Shown: piece after piece, positions 58,880 through 64,000 of the stretch
How the letters are laid out: each line of letters begins with the position of its first letter
How positions within the stretch are numbered: the first letter of the stretch is position 1
NCBI GenBank assembly: GCA_016699105.1
Contig: CP064960.1
Span: 1,138,715 to 1,202,714, forward strand
Direction: 5' to 3'
DNA length: 64,000 bases
Source of the DNA: a bacterium
GTDB taxonomy: Bacteria; Patescibacteriota; Saccharimonadia; UBA4664
Notes under the pieces: generated by a model
Databases searched by the model: none
Told to the model about the DNA's origin: nothing
Seen by the model: the letters and a program-made list of their open reading frames with translations, nothing else
Program-made: the position numbers and the translations under genes

Positions 58880-60538
58880 TTAGAAATGATCGCGCACGTG
58901 GGCCATGGAATAGTCCCAGTCGGAGTCGGCTTTTTTGTGCGGATTGAAGATGTTCTCGGGATCGAAGATGCGTTTGACGTCTTTGAAATAGCCGGTAATT
59001 TTGGGTCCGTACATTTGCTCGAGCCAGGGACCTCGAATCATACCATCGTTGTGCTCGCCTGAAAGTGAGCCTCCATATGACAGCACGAGTTCATTAGTCT
59101 CACGCATTGCCGGTTCGAGTTTGGCGCGCTCGTCTCTATCCTCAAGCTTCATCAAAGGGATGATGTGGAAATTCCCGTCGCCCATATGGCCAGCGATGGT
59201 GGCAAAGAGATCATATTTTTTGATAATGAGACGCATTTTGGGTAGAAAATCCGGCAGATGCTCGGGGTTGACTACCAGGTCATCGATAAATGGTGCCGTG
59301 TGCTTGTCTTTGACTTTGCTGCGCAGCAGCTGGAATGACTGCCGACGCATGATCCAGTATTTCTCTGAGCTTTCTTCAGTCGGATCTTCCTCGGTAGCTG
59401 AGATGTGGTAATAGCTGTGTTTGATGTCGAGGTCTTTGTGGAGGGCATGGATTTTCTCCCGAACTTCATCGCGAGTATCGCCGTTGAACTCGACCATCAA
59501 AATGAGCTTGGGAATGCCGTGCATCAGCATGAAAGCATCGGGTATGAGGCTAATAAGTAAATGGATGAATTTGATTGTCCCGAGCATTTTGAGGAAGCTG
59601 GGCATAAATTTGATCGATAGCCATAAGGTGACATCGTCGAACGACTCAAACGTGGCGGGCTTATAGCCTAGGACTTTGTTGATGACATCACCAAGATGGC
59701 TTATGTCGGTCAAAAAGAGCACCAATAATCCGGAGTGGGGTTTATGCGGAACCAGTTTAAATTTAGCTTCAGTCAGAATACCGAGTGTCCCCTGTCCGCC
59801 AATCACTAAATTGGCTAAGTTGAAGATGCCAGTCTTGCGATCCCAGACATCCCAAAGGTTGTAGCCAGTCGCGTTTTTGGAGACATGAGGCTTGGCGGCT
59901 TTGATGGCGGCATAATTGGTATCAACCAGATCAAAAATGCGGCTATACAACTTACCTTCAAAATCTTTTTGCTTCATTTTCTGGTCGAGCTGAGCTTTGG
60001 TAATAGGTCCAAGCTCATACTCTTTGCCGTCAGCTAACACTACCTTGATAGTGTCGACAAAATTCATGGTTTTGCCGTACTCGAGAGATTTTTCGCCACC
60101 CGAGTTGTTGTTTACGATACCACCGATGGCACACAGTCCGCGGCTGGCTGGATATGAGGGCATGAGCGCGTTGTGCTTGAGGGTTTCAACTTCAAAATCC
60201 CGGTAATACATACCAGGCTGAACACGAGCTTTAGTCGCCGAAACCTCATACAGCTGGTTCATATGTCGGGTAAAGTCGGCGACAATTGATTCACCGATCG
60301 AACCACCGGACATATCGGTACCGGCGCTGCGGGGAGTGATTGATAGCTTGGGGTTGGTGGCTTTGTTTTTGGCCACATAACTAACGAGTTTTTGGACGTC
60401 AGCAGAATCTTGGGGAAAGACTACCGCTTCGGGTTTGAGTTCAAAAAGGCTGGCATCATGGGAGTAAAATTCACGCGTTTTAGCGGTAGCGTCAACCTCA
60501 CCCTTGATGACTTTGGAGAGTTCTTCGGCAAGTTTCAT
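58880..60538 (-). CDS. FAD-binding oxidoreductase (FAD_binding_4 / GlcD / D-lactate dehydrogenase-like)
   Basis: 552 aa. N-terminal FAD-binding PCMH domain (VVFPQDSADVQKLVSYV...SITPRSAGTDMSGGS) and a C-terminal FAD-oxidase domain. Confidence 0.8.
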   Translation of the reverse strand: MKLAEELSKVIKGEVDATAKTREFYSHDASLFELKPEAVVFPQDSADVQKLVSYVAKNKATNPKLSITPRSAGTDMSGGSIGESIVADFTRHMNQLYEVSATKARVQPGMYYRDFEVETLKHNALMPSYPASRGLCAIGGIVNNNSGGEKSLEYGKTMNFVDTIKVVLADGKEYELGPITKAQLDQKMKQKDFEGKLYSRIFDLVDTNYAAIKAAKPHVSKNATGYNLWDVWDRKTGIFNLANLVIGGQGTLGILTEAKFKLVPHKPHSGLLVLFLTDISHLGDVINKVLGYKPATFESFDDVTLWLSIKFMPSFLKMLGTIKFIHLLISLIPDAFMLMHGIPKLILMVEFNGDTRDEVREKIHALHKDLDIKHSYYHISATEEDPTEESSEKYWIMRRQSFQLLRSKVKDKHTAPFIDDLVVNPEHLPDFLPKMRLIIKKYDLFATIAGHMGDGNFHIIPLMKLEDRDERAKLEPAMRETNELVLSYGGSLSGEHNDGMIRGPWLEQMYGPKITGYFKDVKRIFDPENIFNPHKKADSDWDYSMAHVRDHF

Positions 60539-60619
60539 ACTTTAGAGCATAACCGTATTAACTAGTTTTGGGTAGGGGTACGTGGGGCTACTTCCTTAAC
60601 TATTGCCCTAGTAACATTA

Positions 60620-60973
60620 TTATACGGTGTGGAGCACTTGGCCGCGACGAAACATTTGGACGATGGCTAATGCGAGTAACAACGCGATGGAAATTGATAT
60701 TTGTTGTTTGCCCCGGGCAAAGAGCGCCGCATAGATAAACAAACCGGCAAAAGCTGGTCCGATGACGAGATCTAATACTTTTTGATAGCGGGGCTGGACT
60801 GGTTCATATATCGTCAAGGCGGCTACATTGGCGAGATTAACCCATTTCACGGGTTGTCTAGATCGTTCGACTCGAAAAAAGCCCTGCTGCTTATGCGGCA
60901 ATTCAGGTGCGGCGCTGGGATAGGCTACAACTTCAGCTTGGCCGTTGGTATAACGAATATGGAGATATTGCAT
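60620..60973 (-). CDS. Small membrane protein, hypothetical
   Basis: 117 aa with two or three TM helices. Confidence 0.4.
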   Translation of the reverse strand: MQYLHIRYTNGQAEVVAYPSAAPELPHKQQGFFRVERSRQPVKWVNLANVAALTIYEPVQPRYQKVLDLVIGPAFAGLFIYAALFARGKQQISISIALLLALAIVQMFRRGQVLHTV

Positions 60974-61039
60974 GAAAGACAGTTGCTACTTAAAACTAAT
61001 GTATATTTATACATTTTTTATGGAGTTGTGTCAATGTAA

Positions 61040-61066
61040 AACCGGCCTTAAATTGGCCGGTTTTAT
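61040..61066. terminator. Bidirectional terminator hairpin
   Basis: A perfect 8-bp stem (aaccggcc / ggccggtt) with a 7-nt loop. T-runs on both strands. Confidence 0.45.
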
Positions 61067-61086
61067 ATTGGGTGTTTCGTGATTGG

Positions 61087-61643
61087 TTAGTTTATTGCGC
61101 TCGAATTACCATGATCTTCACCATCATGGTCGCCCATCATGCCACCACCCATGCCGTGGCCACCTTTTATACCACGACCTTGTCCGGGTCCACCGCCCAT
61201 GAGCCATTTGGCATCAATGCCGTTGTCTTTGGCCCATTGGTCAATTTCAGTGCGAGCTGCTGCCATGGCTGTGTGGCGTTCAGTAGCCGATTTGTCTTTG
61301 AAAGCGTCGCGATTGGCTTCCATTGTGGCTGCCAGCTCATTGTGCTTCGCTAAGACTTTGGCTTTTGGTCGGCGGTCAACTGACCATCAGTGACTGCCTT
61401 GGTCAGACGATCCTCATACGTTTTTTGTCTGTCTGCATCACGAGCAGCATGCTCTTCATCGAACACCGCCTGCACTTTGGCTTTGTCGACGCCGAGTTTG
61501 TCGGCCAGACGTTGGATGAGCGTGGACTGTCGGTCGGTGCCATCACTGGCGGCGCTGACACTGTTTGCTCCATAGACTGTCGCACCGATGACGGCTGCTG
61601 CAGCTAGCGGCATCCAGATTTTGGTTGCTGTGCGCATATTCAA
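61087..61643 (-). CDS. Secreted LTXXQ-motif (CpxP/Spy/ZraP-like) protein with a Gly/Met/His-rich C-terminus, frameshifted near 61323-61350
   Basis: Signal peptide plus GQLTADQ (LTxxQ) in ORF 61350..61643. The continuation in ORF 61087..61323 ends GGHGMGGGMMGDHDGEDHG. Confidence 0.5.
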
Positions 61644-61713
61644 ATATCTCCTGTTTACGTTGCTGGTACATACCAGACAATATCTAGCCTAAAATAGCTG
61701 TCTGATAGAACGC

Positions 61714-63388
61714 TTAGAGCAAATCGTCGAGCGGCAGTGACACATAAAACTGTGAGCCATGACCAAGCCGGCTCGTATACCAGATTTTGCCACCGAGTTC
61801 AGTAGCGAGATCACGACAAAGCGACAATCCAATGCCTAATGCAGGATATTTACCGGCGACTGCCGCCGACCGGTAAAACTGTTCAAATATTTGGTCATGC
61901 TCAGCATCGGCAACACCCAAACCGTCGTCCTGAATTTCGGTAATAATATTTTGACCATCACGCCGCAGGACGATTCTAATTTGCTGAGCAACAGGTGAAA
62001 ATTTGGCAGCATTGTTGACTAGATTATTCAACACTTGGCCTAAGCGATCACGGTCTGACAGTATATGGGCAGCCGTAAAGCCCGATATAGCAATGTGCTG
62101 CTTGATACCCAATTGAGCGTCTGCAACCAGTTCTCGGACAAACTCGTCGTAATCAAAGCTGGTTTTGTTGATCGAGAAAACATGTCCCCCTTTACTGGCT
62201 TGATAGACATCGTTGATCAGAACTGTAAGTTTGCGGTTTTGATGTCCTAAACGCTGAGTTTCAAGTTGCAAGTCACTTGGCGGCGCACCAGACTCAATGC
62301 GATCAGCCAAATGTTTAAGCATGACGTGAGTGGCACCAGCCGAGCCTTTGAGTTCATGCGCGGCCACAGCCAAGAACTGACTTTTGGCCACGAGTAGATT
62401 GACGAGCTTATCTTTGACGAACTTAGATTCATCTAGTTTGGTTTCAGCGTCGGTCGCTCGCTGGATCAACCGAGCTAATTGACCAAACTCGGTATCAGCG
62501 GAAGCCAATTTTGCTAATTTGCTCGTATCGATATTTTGTAAACTGCGAGTCAATGTTAAAAGTGGCTGTAAAACGATTCCCCACAGCGAAAATATAAGAA
62601 GCATCATCGTTGCGAGCGCTGCCGTTACGAGGAGATAAAGTTGCCGTTGTTGGGCCTGGGCTAGACCTGAGATGATTGGAATTGAACTCGAAATACGTAA
62701 AATTACGCTTGGTTGGCCGTTCGCGCCATTGAGGCTCTGCGCAAAGCTGACCCGGTCTTGCTTGAGTTCATCCACCGAACTGTCATTAGGCGAGCCGATA
62801 GTGATGCGAGATTGCGTTATCTCGCCTAAATGTTCAAGTTGCTCCTCACCCCACAACCGACCGACTATCCAATAACCTTTGGGTTCAGTCCGACGTTCGT
62901 CATCGTCACCGGGATGGATGGTGGCTGCCCGGAATTCCATGAGACCGGCGCGCGTGACCTCAAAATAGTGAGCAAAATGATAATTGTGTAATTGGGCAAA
63001 GAAACTCTCGGCAAATCCACCTGACGGATGTCGGCCGTACCTGGCTGAGCCGCGTGATATGCCAATGTCCGGTCCGGACGATACACCCAGGCTGCGGTCG
63101 CGCCATAGTTCGACAAGCCAGCGTCAATGGTGTCACGGGCAAATTCCGGATCCCCGAATCAACAAAATCGACCATTTCATCCCAGAAGGAATAGTCGACC
63201 GATAACGACAATAATGTTTGACCGTCAAGGCTTCTTATCTGAGCAAAGTAAGCTTTGCGCTCAGCTAATTCGTTCTCGAGCAGGGTATGCAAACGCCCAC
63301 CCTCGAACCATTGCTGACCACCGACCAAGGCCGCAATGATGGCAAAGAGAGCCATAAACAAAAGCAGAAAGCGAGCCTGAAGCTTCAT
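61714..63388 (-). CDS. Sensor histidine kinase, frameshifted near 62940-63120
   Basis: HisKA (AAHELKGS...), HATPase_c (NNAAKF, DDGLGV, GLGIGLSLCRDL) and a TM helix in ORF 61714..62940. The N-terminal signal/TM and sensor are in ORF 62960..63388. Confidence 0.7.
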
Positions 63389-63424
63389 ACTACTTATGTT
63401 TATATACTAATTGCCGGGTGGTGA

Positions 63425-63881
63425 CTAGCTTTGGAGGCTGTTTTGCCGGCGTTGGCGCCAAAAAGCCCAGCCGACCAAACCAGTTACCGCCACAAAACTC
63501 AAAAATGAACCAAAAGGTATGGTCGCAAATCCCCACACGGCCAATTGGACTTCGGTACACGATACTCCGCCCACGCACGGTGCAGCCGCTTTCGGAGATG
63601 AGCCCCCATTGCAGCAATGTATGATAAAACGCCACAATCATACCACCCACACTCAGCGGCAAGACGTAGTATGGTAGGTCGGGGTCGCGCCGCAAGATAC
63701 CAATAGGCATGATGAGCGCCAGAGGATACATAAAGATACGCTGTATCCAACACAAGCTACATGGTGGAAGATGCATGATTTCACTCAAACCCCAACTACC
63801 GACTGTGGCTACAAGGGCGATCGTCCATGCCGCATACATAAGGTGCTCAATTTTGATGTAGGATTTAATTCGAGAAATCAT
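63425..63881 (-). CDS. Disulfide bond formation protein B (DsbB/BdbC family), frameshifted near 63600-63640
   Basis: First Cys pair LPPCSLCWIQ in ORF 63390..63881. Second Cys pair APCVGGVSC plus the last TM in ORF 63425..63637. Confidence 0.55.
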
Positions 63882-64000
63882 AAGCTTAACATCGGTTCAA
63901 TGCCACCACCAGTTGTTTGGGGCGTTAACATTACTATATACACAACCATGAGTACCACGAGCCAAACGATTTGCCAACCACCGAGTAATAAGGCCGCTTG
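63878..64000 (-). CDS. Partial CDS for the C-terminus of a membrane protein; it continues past the window end
   Basis: In-frame ...LLLGGWQIVWLVVLMVVYIVMLTPQTTGGGIEPMLSL*. The TGA stop overlaps the dsbB ATG (ATGA). Confidence 0.35.
   Translation of the reverse strand, partial: QAALLLGGWQIVWLVVLMVVYIVMLTPQTTGGGIEPMLSL

Overview
This 64 kb window is a chromosomal segment, mostly housekeeping, from a Gram-positive-type bacterium. The evidence for that envelope type is an LPXTG sortase substrate, a WhiB-like regulator, a DsbB/BdbC homologue and many secreted proteins with Pro/Thr-rich linkers. GC is about 50-55%. A split transketolase, a dense set of pentose-phosphate and glycolysis genes, and many small ORFs are compatible with a reduced-genome lineage such as Saccharibacteria/CPR, or with an Actinobacteria-related organism. 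I cannot settle which from the sequence alone.

Genes I can identify:
- uvrB.
- A near-complete sugar-phosphate module: PfkB kinase, fba, both transketolase subunits, rpe, rpiB, gap, zwf, pgl, galU, galE.
- Lipid enzymes: cardiolipin synthase and a CDP-alcohol phosphatidyltransferase.
- ppa and a D-2-hydroxyacid dehydrogenase.
- A complete F1Fo ATP synthase operon: atpI-like, then atpB, E, F, H, A, G, D, C.
- An exopolysaccharide-type locus: a processive GT2 synthase, two CE4 deacetylases and a GH18-like hydrolase.
- An envelope-stress-like module: an LTXXQ/CpxP-ZraP-like protein, a histidine kinase and DsbB.
- Several secreted hydrolases: cutinase, lipase and a CAP-domain protein.

The most unusual locus is at 56.4-58.9 kb. 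A radical-SAM enzyme with a C-terminal SPASM-like Cys-rich domain is flanked on both sides by co-oriented DUF397-like small protein genes; they are paralogous, and one overlaps the enzyme start. A divergent XRE-HTH/DUF5753 regulator gene sits next to them, with a perfect palindrome in the shared promoter. This looks like an undescribed pairing of the actinobacterial XRE/DUF397 module with a peptide-maturase-type radical-SAM enzyme.

Other notable regions:
- A low-GC island directly after atpC (48.8-51.4 kb) carries a MazG-like gene, a dTMP-kinase-like gene, a truncated HhH-GPD-like gene and a second, degenerate SPASM radical-SAM gene.
- At 23.3-26.7 kb there is a cluster of tiny, highly charged ORFs with strong ribosome-binding sites, two paralogous 'MIRR...DPL' peptides and matched terminator hairpins.

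Many genes carry single-base frameshifts, including the essential atpD, atpF and tkt; three of the four resolved sites fall in short homopolymers. I read these as sequencing or assembly errors rather than pseudogenes.

I found no rRNA, tRNA, CRISPR array, transposase or integrase.
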